Part shown: one piece after another, positions 7,689 through 17,420 of the stretch
Layout: each line of letters opens with the position of its first letter
How positions within the stretch are numbered: position 1 is the stretch's first letter
Virus record (IMG/VR): IMGVR_UViG_3300027730_000005
Length of the DNA: 64,000 nt
From: a virus
Lineage: Duplodnaviria > Caudoviricetes
Direction: 5' to 3' (one strand)
Notes under the pieces: generated by a model
The model's database searches: none
The model's input: the letters and a program-made list of their open reading frames with translations, nothing else
Told to the model about the DNA's origin: nothing
Program-made: the position numbers and the translations under genes

Positions 7689-8385
7689 TGGGATCCAATA
7701 TATTGTTTTCTATACAGTATTGTAACACAAATTCAGCCCAAAAGCAATGAGCGTCTTTACCAAAATGCCAAGAGCCGGCGCTGACAGGTTCAAATTGATC
7801 ACGCAGAATCTCATTGTAAGTGAATTCTGAATACGGTGCTATGTATGAATCTTTCCAATCCAGCTGGCGGGTAACACGGTCAAACGAATTGTTGCCGTTG
7901 AAAAACACATGTGGTATCTTCATAGCATCCAGTTCCTGATGCAGTTGCCAAATCTCTTGATGCCAGTATTGTTGACGCTGATTCCAATCCACATTAACTA
8001 CAAAATGTCGATACTGATCTTGCAACTGTTCAGGAACCCAATCTAGTCCTGAGCTACCTACTTGCAAGTATTTGCCATTATGCATCCACTCTTCTCGTTC
8101 CCACGTGCTCCACTGTATGATTGCCACAGCTGATTCCCAAGGATGCAAACTTTGCATCCAAGCTCGCGTGGTGCGTAGAATTCTGTAGTTAGAAGCAGCA
8201 GATTCAGCATCACAAATTAGTTCAACACCTAACTTGTTGGCCAATTGTTGCCCCCAGCTTACAGCTAAGTTAGCAGGATGTGGTCGGCGTCCTAGTTCAG
8301 GATAGCCGTCGTCCTCAGCAAATGCAGCAGGTGACACTGCTTCGGCACCTGCTGTATGGCTGTCACCGTTCACGTATAGTTTCAC
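7669..8385 (-). CDS. SGNH/GDSL-like hydrolase-fold protein
   Basis: N-terminal YVNGDSHTAG block; late WHFGKDAH. Confidence 0.45.
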   Translation of the reverse strand: MKLYVNGDSHTAGAEAVSPAAFAEDDGYPELGRRPHPANLAVSWGQQLANKLGVELICDAESAASNYRILRTTRAWMQSLHPWESAVAIIQWSTWEREEWMHNGKYLQVGSSGLDWVPEQLQDQYRHFVVNVDWNQRQQYWHQEIWQLHQELDAMKIPHVFFNGNNSFDRVTRQLDWKDSYIAPYSEFTYNEILRDQFEPVSAGSWHFGKDAHCFWAEFVLQYCIENNILDPNAISFD

Positions 8386-8813
8386 GATACTTCAGTTCGA
8401 CCGTTGCCAACATCGGTGCTGCGTACCCACATACCACTCTTGGCCATGGCTTCTTCTTGTTCCCAAGTTTCCATTACCACATGTCGACACACATTTTGAA
8501 ACCATCGATCCACTATTTCAGCATCGGTATCATCCTTCTTGATCATGTATCCAGCTTTGACCAGCCGCGCTACAAAAATCTCATTCCAGTCCAGTTCAAA
8601 TGCACCTTGATGCAAGTTGTCTAGATCCACATCCATGCTGAGAATGTTCACATAGGGCAAGTTATTCTCAGTGGCCTGTTGCTTGGCTGTTTTGGATTCT
8701 TCCTTAGCAGGGCCTGTTCGAGCTCGAGCCTTAGGCGGAGTCACTGCAGGCCCAGGCGGCTTGGGTTCTGCAACGGTGTTGGGTTTCTTTCGAAACATAT
8801 CAAAAAATGCCAT
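8382..8813 (-). CDS. Hypothetical protein
   Basis: 143-aa ORF with AGGA RBS. Confidence 0.7.
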   Translation of the reverse strand: MAFFDMFRKKPNTVAEPKPPGPAVTPPKARARTGPAKEESKTAKQQATENNLPYVNILSMDVDLDNLHQGAFELDWNEIFVARLVKAGYMIKKDDTDAEIVDRWFQNVCRHVVMETWEQEEAMAKSGMWVRSTDVGNGRTEVS

Positions 8814-8814
8814 A

Positions 8815-9282
8815 TTATTCCTCTTTTACTTCTACCCAGGTATAATCGCCCAGCCACTTGACTTGGGTAATATATTCGTAATTTTTAGGAGCACTGCTGC
8901 TCCAGTCATTGGGGCCTAATTTAGCCAAGATGGTTTTGTTTTTGTTAGTATCAAACGCCAACCAGTAGGTCTGACCGTGATAAGTCTGGAACTGATATTC
9001 GGCAGCATGAACTGCATCTGTTATTTCTAATCGACGTTTAATTTCTTGTGCTTGTGATTCTAACACTCGAACCAGATCCATGATGCGATTGTATTCTTGT
9101 TGAGAATGCATTCTGGCAACATTGAGCATGATGTCCTTTTGTTTTTCAACAGGCACAAGATCAAACTTAGGACCCAGGGTGGACGTGGCGTACGGCGTTA
9201 CATTTCTGTTGAGGAAATGTATCAGCGAACCAGTTGATTCACTATCAAAACTGCTGACACCATTGGCTGAATTCTTGGTCAT
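8815..9282 (-). CDS. Hypothetical protein (DUF2452-like)
   Basis: Coiled coil followed by AEYQFQTYHGQTYWL; recognised from memory only. Confidence 0.45.
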   Translation of the reverse strand: MTKNSANGVSSFDSESTGSLIHFLNRNVTPYATSTLGPKFDLVPVEKQKDIMLNVARMHSQQEYNRIMDLVRVLESQAQEIKRRLEITDAVHAAEYQFQTYHGQTYWLAFDTNKNKTILAKLGPNDWSSSAPKNYEYITQVKWLGDYTWVEVKEE

Positions 9283-9306
9283 TTTGATATATGTCCACTT
9301 TTTCTA

Positions 9307-9555
9307 TTATCGTTTTATTTGCCACAACAAATATTCAAATTTGCTTATGTAGTATACATCATCAATTGGGTCGCCGGGTCCTGAGATAATTCTAGATCCT
9401 TTGTAACACCAAGTAAGCCATAGTCGATCTCTAGAAAAGTAACAATTTCTTGGCCATAAACAAAAATTCAAACGCCAGTTGCGTATTTGATTTAGGCCCC
9501 ATTCTTGATATTGAAACTCTTGACTCACCGGGTGATCAAGCATTAAGTACCCCAC
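9307..9555 (-). CDS. Hypothetical protein
   Basis: ORF track. Confidence 0.55.
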   Translation of the reverse strand: MGYLMLDHPVSQEFQYQEWGLNQIRNWRLNFCLWPRNCYFSRDRLWLTWCYKGSRIISGPGDPIDDVYYISKFEYLLWQIKR

Positions 9556-10403
9556 TCGTTCTTGAACAATGGTACTTGCAATCGGTCACTGTAACGTAAA
9601 CCTGCGTTCATGGCCATAATAGCCACAGCCTTGTTATTCAATGAGTAAACACTTTCTACACCGCCCACTGGCATCAAGTACACATGTCCTTTGAATCCTG
9701 CAGAACGGAATGCAGCAATAGCACACTCAGCATCAGCAAAGTCTTGTTCGGTAGCAATAACAAATTTCAAATATGTTGTACCAACAGATTCATACTCACA
9801 CACAATTTCTGGGCAGATAGCATCTTCCCACTTCTCACCACTACAAGGAAGTTTAGCACTAACTGAGAATGTGATCTCACGAGATGTAAATGGAGGATTT
9901 GTACCCCACTGTTTTAGAAACTCTTTAAACTCCGGAGAGAGCTTTTGAGTACCATTTGTTTCAAAAGTAATTTCTTTCAGCTTCAACATCTTTTCGTGAT
10001 TCAACAAGTCTGGATAAGCACGTTGCCAACCTAGCAATGGCTCACCACCGGTGATAACAAGATGCTCATCCTTCCATTCCCCGTGCGGAATGATTTCCAC
10101 AATACGATCTACAATGGCTTCGCTGGTTAGCATGGGACTCAACTCTTTAAAGTCTGGATGCCAACTAGCATAACTGTCACATCCTGTGCTAACCAGCGGA
10201 AGTTCATTATACTCTTTAAATGGATGCATGGCATGCATGACTGCAATTTCTTCTGTTTCCTTGCTTAGTTTGCCTCGTGGCATACCAAATCCTGCACATT
10301 TGAAGTTGCATCCAAACACACGCAAGAACACACTGGGCACCCCCATATAACGCCCCTCACCTTGGATACTATAAAACAGTTCAGCTACTTTAAGTTTACT
10401 CAT
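9543..10403 (-). CDS. queE: 7-carboxy-7-deazaguanine synthase (radical SAM)
   Basis: ELFYSIQGEG…VFLRVFGCNFKC, CDS, LVITGGEPLL, ETNGT, RLQVPL. Confidence 0.9.
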   Translation of the reverse strand: MSKLKVAELFYSIQGEGRYMGVPSVFLRVFGCNFKCAGFGMPRGKLSKETEEIAVMHAMHPFKEYNELPLVSTGCDSYASWHPDFKELSPMLTSEAIVDRIVEIIPHGEWKDEHLVITGGEPLLGWQRAYPDLLNHEKMLKLKEITFETNGTQKLSPEFKEFLKQWGTNPPFTSREITFSVSAKLPCSGEKWEDAICPEIVCEYESVGTTYLKFVIATEQDFADAECAIAAFRSAGFKGHVYLMPVGGVESVYSLNNKAVAIMAMNAGLRYSDRLQVPLFKNEWGT

Positions 10404-11185
10404 ATTTTTTGTGCTTTAATTAACAAATGCCAACCCAGGTATTCTTTAACTGTTGCTCGCATCTCTTCTGACATCGCAGCAAACCAGGGCTCTAATTCAT
10501 ACTCGCCGTTGCGGTACTTAGGTACATTATACATGAAACAATGATCTTGCCTAATTCTCAGCACTCGAAATTTTTCCTCCAACAGGTCATAAATTTCTTC
10601 CTTGCTGTAGGCTTTGGCATACGGACAATCTGATTGTGCTTCGAATTGATCCAGGCCTTTTTGGATCATTGCATACTTCCAGGAGTTCTTTGCGTATACC
10701 AACATACGAAATTCCCCATTGGGCACCAGAGCATTATGGATATTATTCAAACATGCAGTCATGTCTGGATAGTGATGCAATACTCCGCAACTGTATACTA
10801 GATCAAATTTGCCCAAACAGTCCACTGCTGCACTGTCTGCGCCATCCATCACATGAAATTTGCCATTGAGTCCAAATAGATCAAATCGTTGTCGACTCAT
10901 GGCTACAGATTCTGCTGAAAGATCAATGCCCACATAGTCAGCACCATGACGTGCAAACTCCACAGCATCAGATCCAATACCGGATCCTATCTCTAATACA
11001 CGTTTGCCACGCCACAGATGAAAACTAGCAAAATCACGCAGGTGAGGTTCTACAAAGAATCTACGTTCGGTAACTTCGTTCCAATATTGTTCTGTGCCTG
11101 GCTCGCTAAGGCTGTGTTTGACATTACAAGGTTGTGTATTCCAGTAATGTTTAATTTTGTCTATAAGGTCAGTTGTCAAGGTCAA
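10400..11185 (-). CDS. Class I SAM-dependent methyltransferase
   Basis: VLEIGSGIG, GIDLS, FDLVYSCGVLHH, L.PNGEF. Confidence 0.85.
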   Translation of the reverse strand: MTLTTDLIDKIKHYWNTQPCNVKHSLSEPGTEQYWNEVTERRFFVEPHLRDFASFHLWRGKRVLEIGSGIGSDAVEFARHGADYVGIDLSAESVAMSRQRFDLFGLNGKFHVMDGADSAAVDCLGKFDLVYSCGVLHHYPDMTACLNNIHNALVPNGEFRMLVYAKNSWKYAMIQKGLDQFEAQSDCPYAKAYSKEEIYDLLEEKFRVLRIRQDHCFMYNVPKYRNGEYELEPWFAAMSEEMRATVKEYLGWHLLIKAQKI

Positions 11186-12011
11186 TACTACTCCATGATT
11201 TCATTAGACCTTTGGGATCTAATTTCAACATCTTATGCCAGATGTCAATTTTGTTTTCTATGCCCAATTTAAAATGTTCAAGATCGTACCCTAACGGTAT
11301 TAGATAGTTGGCAATTTTCATAGCCTCTTGCATACGGCGGGTGCGCCATGACACATGATTAAAATCTCTAGGGTGATTAGGATTGCCCTCTAGCATGGGG
11401 CGATTCCTAAACACATCATCGCCATTCTTACCTGTGAGGTCAAAACGTTCATGCTCAATCATTACAGGTATAGTAATTACAATATCCAACATCCAGCCAA
11501 TCTGACTGGTCCACGCATCATTGATCTGATGAGGTGATATGTTACCTGTAATTTCTACCCACTTGCGTGGCAAGATTGGAAAGATGGCATATGGATGTTC
11601 ATGATTGGTTTCAGCTCGCAACAACGCAAAACGATCATTATACTCACGAATAACATCGTCCCACCCAGTAGTGGTCATTACAGCATCATCGTTCCAGAAA
11701 AACAGCCATGAACCGGTGCTGTGATTGGCCAACTCATTGAGGTATTCATTGAGACGAAGGTAACCCAATCGTTTGAATTGCATAGCACTATAGGTTACAC
11801 CTTTGGAATCAAGATATGGTGCAATCACATCAATGAAATATTCTATAGTATCTGTATCATCATCATCAAATGCTATCAATACTTCGATACGTTCAGGACT
11901 AGTAGCAGTATCAATCAATGTGTGCAAACATTGATCCATTGGAATTGGCCTTGCACGTACCGGTAACAGTACACTGATATCAATATTGGGGTTTTGTACG
12001 GGTAAACTCAT
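11169..12011 (-). CDS. GT-A (family 2-like) glycosyltransferase
   Basis: ISVLLPVR, FDDDD, FFWNDDAVM. Confidence 0.75.
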   Translation of the reverse strand: MSLPVQNPNIDISVLLPVRARPIPMDQCLHTLIDTATSPERIEVLIAFDDDDTDTIEYFIDVIAPYLDSKGVTYSAMQFKRLGYLRLNEYLNELANHSTGSWLFFWNDDAVMTTTGWDDVIREYNDRFALLRAETNHEHPYAIFPILPRKWVEITGNISPHQINDAWTSQIGWMLDIVITIPVMIEHERFDLTGKNGDDVFRNRPMLEGNPNHPRDFNHVSWRTRRMQEAMKIANYLIPLGYDLEHFKLGIENKIDIWHKMLKLDPKGLMKSWSSIDLDN

Positions 12012-13933
12012 TGTGTTATACGTGTGATATTAGTTTTTCCAAAGTTGCGTTTTCTACCAAAATACATATTTTCCAGGAAACGGTCTTCACTCATGTTAGG
12101 ATCTTCAACAGTATCAAATTGATAAACTGTGGGGGTTTTCAATGCAGCATTGTCTTGGATGTAACCAAGAAAGTCATAATCAAATGATTGTGTGACTGGC
12201 AAGTTTCCTAAGTCTCTGTAGTCAATTACATAATTTCTTTGGAACTGTAACAGTTGATTTTTCACTTGCAAATCAATATTATAATGACTCTGCAAGAATT
12301 TGTCAAGTGAATCAAACACATAGTTGATCATTTGGTCTTTGACCATGTACAGTGTGGTTCTGTGCATAAGGTTCCACCCAAACACTTCAATGTTGCCGAT
12401 ACGGGGATGATCAATGCGCCCTTTGGTCATCCAGTTTTCAAAGTAACTACGAGTTTCTAAAAACTGCAAGCGGAACCAAGAATCTTTCTGTACCCATGCA
12501 TATAAATCTTCGTAGAACTTGCTGTAGTCAATATCTTGTTGTTTAGCTAGATATCTAGCTATGTACGTGCTGAGTCCGTTGATATGGAATGTTTGAATAA
12601 AACTACTCCATACCAGTGTATCCAACATAGTATCTCGCGGTATGGTCTTGGTACTTACAACTACATCAATGCTTTCGTTAAGATCTACATCGCCGTAACT
12701 ACCACTCATGTAGTCGTATACTGGTACAGACTCCAGTTTATACAAACGTTTTTGCAAAAGATTCATTTCAGCATTTTCCAGCAGCTGACATTGTAGGATG
12801 TTAATGCCGCCATGATTGCCTGCTCGAAAGATTTTCCAAAAAGCTTCTTTCCAAGATTCTACTGTTTCTCCAGGCAACCCCAAGATCAATTCCGTATATA
12901 CTGGAATATTATTTTTGTCGCACAAGGCAAAGATCTCATCAATTTTGTGTTGATCAAGATTACGACGTTTTATATTCTCTAGCACATCGTTGTCCATGCT
13001 TTGCACACTCACGGTAAGACCTTGACCAAAGTTGGGTGATTCGTCAATCAGTTTCTTAACAATATCTACAACTTCGTTCTTTTGATTCTTGGCCCAGGTC
13101 ATGGAAAAACTTTCCAGTTTGCCCCAACGCTTTTGTACTTGGATCAGTTTGTCTACAATCATGTTGTCACGTTCCACAAACATACCAAAGTTAGCATCGG
13201 TAATGGTAACAAATCCACAATGTTCTCCAATCCAGTCTAACTCGTCGTAAACACGTTGCAGTTCAAACTTCTTGACCTTGTTGTATGTTAGACTACCCCA
13301 ATCGCAAAATGTACATTGGTAAGGACAACCACGATTGGTTTCTAATGTGGCATTCCAAATCACTTTGGGATTTTCAGTCATAATACGATCAAAAATGCCT
13401 GTGAGATACGGACTTGGCACCTCGTCTAGATCATTGATACGTTTGGGATCTCCGGTGTTGATCAATCCTGTAGAACTGTTGATTAATAGTCCTGGAATAT
13501 GAGTGTAGTCAGATCCATGATCTTCGAGAATATTTCTAAAAGTCATTTCTCCTTCCATCTTGATCACTAGATCCATGAATGGTTCTTTTTCAAACAACTC
13601 GGGATCTTCAATAGCTGGTTCAGGTCCACCAAACACAATCAAGCAGTTGGGATTGAGTGTTTTTACAAGTCGAGCTAGTTTATAATTGTATCGATGATTC
13701 CACACATAGGTTGAGAATGCTACCACATCACTGGTGCTTAGTTTCAACGCCAGTGCTTCAATGGGTGCTCTACGCCATACCAAGTGATCAATTTCCCATG
13801 CTGCGTTGACTTTTTCTGAAGCAAGTGCATAACTCAGTATAACTCCTGCAGAATAAGGTAGGTAGTACGCATTAAATTCTTTAGGACCTTGTTGGAAGTT
13901 GGGCTGAACAAAGCTGATTTTCTTTTTTGTCAT
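12008..13933 (-). CDS. B12-binding domain radical SAM enzyme
   Basis: N-terminal cobalamin-binding-like domain (FSTYVWN…GGPE), RGCPYQCTFC, ILGLPGET. Confidence 0.85.
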   Translation of the reverse strand: MTKKKISFVQPNFQQGPKEFNAYYLPYSAGVILSYALASEKVNAAWEIDHLVWRRAPIEALALKLSTSDVVAFSTYVWNHRYNYKLARLVKTLNPNCLIVFGGPEPAIEDPELFEKEPFMDLVIKMEGEMTFRNILEDHGSDYTHIPGLLINSSTGLINTGDPKRINDLDEVPSPYLTGIFDRIMTENPKVIWNATLETNRGCPYQCTFCDWGSLTYNKVKKFELQRVYDELDWIGEHCGFVTITDANFGMFVERDNMIVDKLIQVQKRWGKLESFSMTWAKNQKNEVVDIVKKLIDESPNFGQGLTVSVQSMDNDVLENIKRRNLDQHKIDEIFALCDKNNIPVYTELILGLPGETVESWKEAFWKIFRAGNHGGINILQCQLLENAEMNLLQKRLYKLESVPVYDYMSGSYGDVDLNESIDVVVSTKTIPRDTMLDTLVWSSFIQTFHINGLSTYIARYLAKQQDIDYSKFYEDLYAWVQKDSWFRLQFLETRSYFENWMTKGRIDHPRIGNIEVFGWNLMHRTTLYMVKDQMINYVFDSLDKFLQSHYNIDLQVKNQLLQFQRNYVIDYRDLGNLPVTQSFDYDFLGYIQDNAALKTPTVYQFDTVEDPNMSEDRFLENMYFGRKRNFGKTNITRITQ

Positions 13934-14757
13934 TCAGTATTTACTTGTTTAACAGTGGCGTCAACTTGATTGTTGGTATCGTTGGCCCGCATCTTGATCC
14001 AAGGATCTTGTCGCCCTTCCCACGCATCAACAAAAAATGTTAGATCAAGTCCTTGATCCTGCATCCACGTGGCTAACTTGGCAACATCATCAGTACGTAT
14101 TTTGACCATGTCGGGGTGATTTAGGTCTCCAGGTTGGCTGGGATCACCTTCCATAATACGACGTTGCTGATAAGTTGCGTCATTGTTTATACCAGTGATG
14201 TCATATCGATTGTGATCACAATGTACATCAATACGTTCAAAAATATCCAGGTAATACGCCAGCTGACTTACATATGCATCATTGCTGCTGTGTTGACTGA
14301 TATGCCCTAGTATTTCAAACCATTGCCGTGGCAAAATAGGAAAGATGCTGTACGGATGATCGTTGTGCGTATACACACTCAGCAGTCGGAACTCACCTGT
14401 GCGCTCGCGTATACGTACATCCCATGCTGCGGTTTTCATCACAGCATCGTCGTTCCAGAAAAACAGCCAGGACCCTTGACTGTGTTCAGCTAGGCCATTT
14501 ACATAACGGTGCAAGTTATTGTAGCCTTGTGGATCAAACACCAAAATCTTGTGTTTGATATTGTTTTGTTCAATCCAGGGACAGACGTTGTGTAGTATGT
14601 TTTCCATACCCACCACGTCATCATTATCTACGCCAAACAATATTTCAATTGAGTCAAAATCCTCAGCCAGTGTATAGAGACTTTGTATGCTACTCATTAA
14701 CGCTTGTGCCCGACCACGAGTGGGCAGCAAGATACTGATATCAATTTTGTTGTTCAT
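13930..14757 (-). CDS. GT-A (family 2-like) glycosyltransferase, paralog of 11169-12011
   Basis: ISILLPTR, FFWNDDAVM, HPYSIFPILPR shared with the paralog. Confidence 0.75.
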   Translation of the reverse strand: MNNKIDISILLPTRGRAQALMSSIQSLYTLAEDFDSIEILFGVDNDDVVGMENILHNVCPWIEQNNIKHKILVFDPQGYNNLHRYVNGLAEHSQGSWLFFWNDDAVMKTAAWDVRIRERTGEFRLLSVYTHNDHPYSIFPILPRQWFEILGHISQHSSNDAYVSQLAYYLDIFERIDVHCDHNRYDITGINNDATYQQRRIMEGDPSQPGDLNHPDMVKIRTDDVAKLATWMQDQGLDLTFFVDAWEGRQDPWIKMRANDTNNQVDATVKQVNTE

Positions 14758-14763
14758 TTTAAT

Positions 14764-14913
14764 TTACCAGTGATGTATAACACCTGCCACAATAAAGCAG
14801 TTGGTCACAATATAACATAATATAATGCAAGTTCTAATGCAGGCAACACAATTTGCTTCTGCATCTGTGTTGCCTGATTTCTCGCCCAGGGCCTTGGCCC
14901 AAAGACGCCACAT
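14764..14913 (-). CDS. 49-aa membrane-anchored hypothetical protein
   Basis: MWRLWAKALGEK… with a hydrophobic C-terminal half. Confidence 0.55.
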   Translation of the reverse strand: MWRLWAKALGEKSGNTDAEANCVACIRTCIILCYIVTNCFIVAGVIHHW

Positions 14914-14917
14914 TTTA

Positions 14918-15394
14918 TTAAAACTCGTTGTCTTCACGATGACCTTGACGGCCAGCCATGTTTGAATCAGTCTCACGCACTTCTACCTTGCAACACCAAA
15001 CTCGTGCAGCTTCTTCACTACCGCAGTTGGGCAAGAAGATTGTGTTAACGTATTCGTACAAGAAGTCAGCAATACCTTCGCACCCGGTCTTTTCTACTTC
15101 TGTGATCTTGGCCAGTTTGAGTCTGCCCAATTCCAGCAAGTGTTCACGCATGGGATCATCTTGTGCAACCAGCAAAGTGTGATCAAACCAATCTTCTAGA
15201 TTTGCCTTGAGTGGTTTTAGGCCGCCAAAGTCTGTACACCAGTTACGTGCATCCAGGGTATCACATTCAAATTCAAAGTGAAAGCTCATTGCGTAACCGT
15301 GTATGAGATTGCAGTGACTCTGAGCACGCCACTGGCGATACGCTACAGGTCCAATTTGCTTGTAAGTTTTTGTTGAAAAGTATTTTTTTGCCAT
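14918..15394 (-). CDS. queD: 6-carboxy-5,6,7,8-tetrahydropterin synthase
   Basis: CNLIHGY, DFGGLK, FDHTLL, GCEGIA, VEVRET. Confidence 0.85.
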   Translation of the reverse strand: MAKKYFSTKTYKQIGPVAYRQWRAQSHCNLIHGYAMSFHFEFECDTLDARNWCTDFGGLKPLKANLEDWFDHTLLVAQDDPMREHLLELGRLKLAKITEVEKTGCEGIADFLYEYVNTIFLPNCGSEEAARVWCCKVEVRETDSNMAGRQGHREDNEF

Positions 15395-15402
15395 GATTTT
15401 CT

Positions 15403-15464
15403 CCTATGTTGATTATAGCATAGGCAGCAGAGTTTGTAAAGCGGGAATGACGCCCAAGACCGCT
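15403..15464 (-). ncRNA. Candidate preQ1-I-like riboswitch plus RBS-occluding hairpin upstream of queD
   Basis: AGCGG/CCGCU stem, loop starting U and ending C, UUACAAAC tail, then CCUAUG/CAUAGG hairpin covering the SD. Confidence 0.4.
15412..15440 (-). promoter_or_regulatory. Sigma70-type promoter inside the queD leader
   Basis: TTTACA-17 bp-TATAAT. Confidence 0.6.
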
Positions 15465-15472
15465 ATGAATAT

Positions 15473-15877
15473 TTATACTGGTAGTTGGTAGCCTGTGGCC
15501 TTATAGTCGGCTTGCCCAAATATAACTCCACGTACTCCGCCAATAGGATTAGCAGTGTCGTTCACTCGACGTGGAATCAAATGCACATGTGGATACATTA
15601 CCGTTTGTCCAGCAGCGGGTCCCATATTGATACCAATGTTGAATCCGTCACATTTGCCATCGGCTACCATGTGACGGCCATATCGCATAGCTGATTCCAT
15701 ACAGTCAATGATCACCGCATCAGTGTTGTAGTTAGGCACAAACAGCAAATGACCACGGGTCACTGGATAACGATCTTCAAACACAGTGACGTGAAAATCA
15801 CTTAACTCTTGTACTTTTAGATCCCACGGTGCTACACCGGCAGCATGGGCTTGATCTAATGTTTCGTAATTGATCAT
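15473..15877 (-). CDS. HIT family hydrolase
   Basis: FEDRYPVTRGHLLFVP, GFNIGINMGPAAGQTVMYPHVHLIPR. Confidence 0.85.
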   Translation of the reverse strand: MINYETLDQAHAAGVAPWDLKVQELSDFHVTVFEDRYPVTRGHLLFVPNYNTDAVIIDCMESAMRYGRHMVADGKCDGFNIGINMGPAAGQTVMYPHVHLIPRRVNDTANPIGGVRGVIFGQADYKATGYQLPV

Positions 15878-15979
15878 CTTGGTGCAAATTCCTGTTGTAG
15901 TTTGATACCACTATTTTTACAGCAACCAGTTTTAAGTTTTATCATAAATAAATTATACAGCAATTTTATAGGAAAGTCA

Positions 15980-16648
15980 ATGTTTTTAGATAACAGATAC
16001 ACCAAAGTTTATTACCAAATTATTAATAGAGCATTAACAAGGCCATACAAAAAAGTAAAAAATGATGGGTATCAAAAACATCATATTGTTCCAAAATGTA
16101 TTGGCGGCACCAATTCCACTGATAATCTTGTAATACTTAGTTATAAAGAACATAGAGTGTGCCATTGTTTATTAATCAAAATCCAACTTACAACATCAGC
16201 AGAAATCAAAATGCGACACGCCTATGGATTTTTTAATAAGAGTAGCAGATATAATGGCCCGCGATATAAAAGAGGAAAAGACAATGTATTCTCTACTCCA
16301 GAAATTATCGAACAAGTCCGCTGGCGTATGATTAATAATAATCCTATGAAGGACCCACTTTCTCAACAAAAAAGAGTCGATACCTGGCGAGCAAATAGAG
16401 CCGCGCAAAATTGCATTCCTCGGAGAATACTTAAGGATAAGTTTATCACACCATTGGGTATATTCAAAACTAAAAAAGAAATACAGAAAGTTCTAAACAT
16501 ACCCGAATGGACATTAAATACTATCTACAACGATTTAGATGCCCTTCCTACTCCTGACGGAAGGGGTAGTAAAAAGATCACTCATCTAAATATTGACATA
16601 AGCAAGACCTGGAGAGACAATGGATTTGACTTACTTGCCGTTTCTTGA
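15980..16648 (+). CDS. Free-standing HNH homing endonuclease
   Basis: KHHIVPKCIGG…NLVILSYKEHRVCH; opposite strand; start moved to MFLDNRY. Confidence 0.75.
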   Translation: MFLDNRYTKVYYQIINRALTRPYKKVKNDGYQKHHIVPKCIGGTNSTDNLVILSYKEHRVCHCLLIKIQLTTSAEIKMRHAYGFFNKSSRYNGPRYKRGKDNVFSTPEIIEQVRWRMINNNPMKDPLSQQKRVDTWRANRAAQNCIPRRILKDKFITPLGIFKTKKEIQKVLNIPEWTLNTIYNDLDALPTPDGRGSKKITHLNIDISKTWRDNGFDLLAVS

Positions 16649-17419
16649 CTGAAGTAGGATATTATCAAAGAATTCTTTCTTAGTACCCATGTCAGTGTTA
16701 AATGCACCTTTAAGCACTGTTGTCTGTGTTAAACTACTATGTGCCATTATGCCCCTATTGGTACAACACCCATGTTCCGCTTCAAGGTAGACCCCAACAT
16801 TCTCACTACCAGTGGCCTTCATGATTTCTCTTGCAATGTCGTTACAGAGTTCTTCTTGCAAAGTACCTCGACGGGCACACCACTGTGCAATACGAGTATA
16901 CTTACTGAGACCAATCAGTTTCTCTGCCGCAATAATGCCAATATAAGCAACCCCAGTAACGGGTTGGTGATGATGACTACACATACTACGAAGTTCACTG
17001 CGAACCACGAGCATGCCTTCATAACGGTCTGCTGAATCATTTGGGAACGCTGTTGCGTCTGGTGCTGGTTCATATCGCCCTTCCATTATCTCGTTAAAGT
17101 ACATCTTGGCCAAACGTCTTGCTGTGCCTTTGCTATTGGGATCATTCTCACGATCGATTAGCAAAGTATCTAATACTTGTTCAAATGCTTGTGTTGCTTC
17201 GTTGATCAAATGTTCTTTATCACTATCATGTAGATAGTCACTGATGTTGTCGCCTGCCCAAAATCTCTTACCATCTGCTCGCATACGCTCGCGAATTGCT
17301 GTGCTTAGATACTTGCCTTGATCTACGTCTTGTTTTTTAACATACAAGTTTTTCCCCTCCAACGAAACAAATTCTTCTGATTGTGGGTGTATGATTGGGT
17401 CTGGTTTAAATTTTAACAT
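16631..17419 (-). CDS. folE: GTP cyclohydrolase I
   Basis: SMCSHHHQP, IGLSKYTR, LQEEL, EAEHGCCTNRG. Confidence 0.92.
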   Translation of the reverse strand: MLKFKPDPIIHPQSEEFVSLEGKNLYVKKQDVDQGKYLSTAIRERMRADGKRFWAGDNISDYLHDSDKEHLINEATQAFEQVLDTLLIDRENDPNSKGTARRLAKMYFNEIMEGRYEPAPDATAFPNDSADRYEGMLVVRSELRSMCSHHHQPVTGVAYIGIIAAEKLIGLSKYTRIAQWCARRGTLQEELCNDIAREIMKATGSENVGVYLEAEHGCCTNRGIMAHSSLTQTTVLKGAFNTDMGTKKEFFDNILLQSRNGK

Positions 17420-17420
17420 G

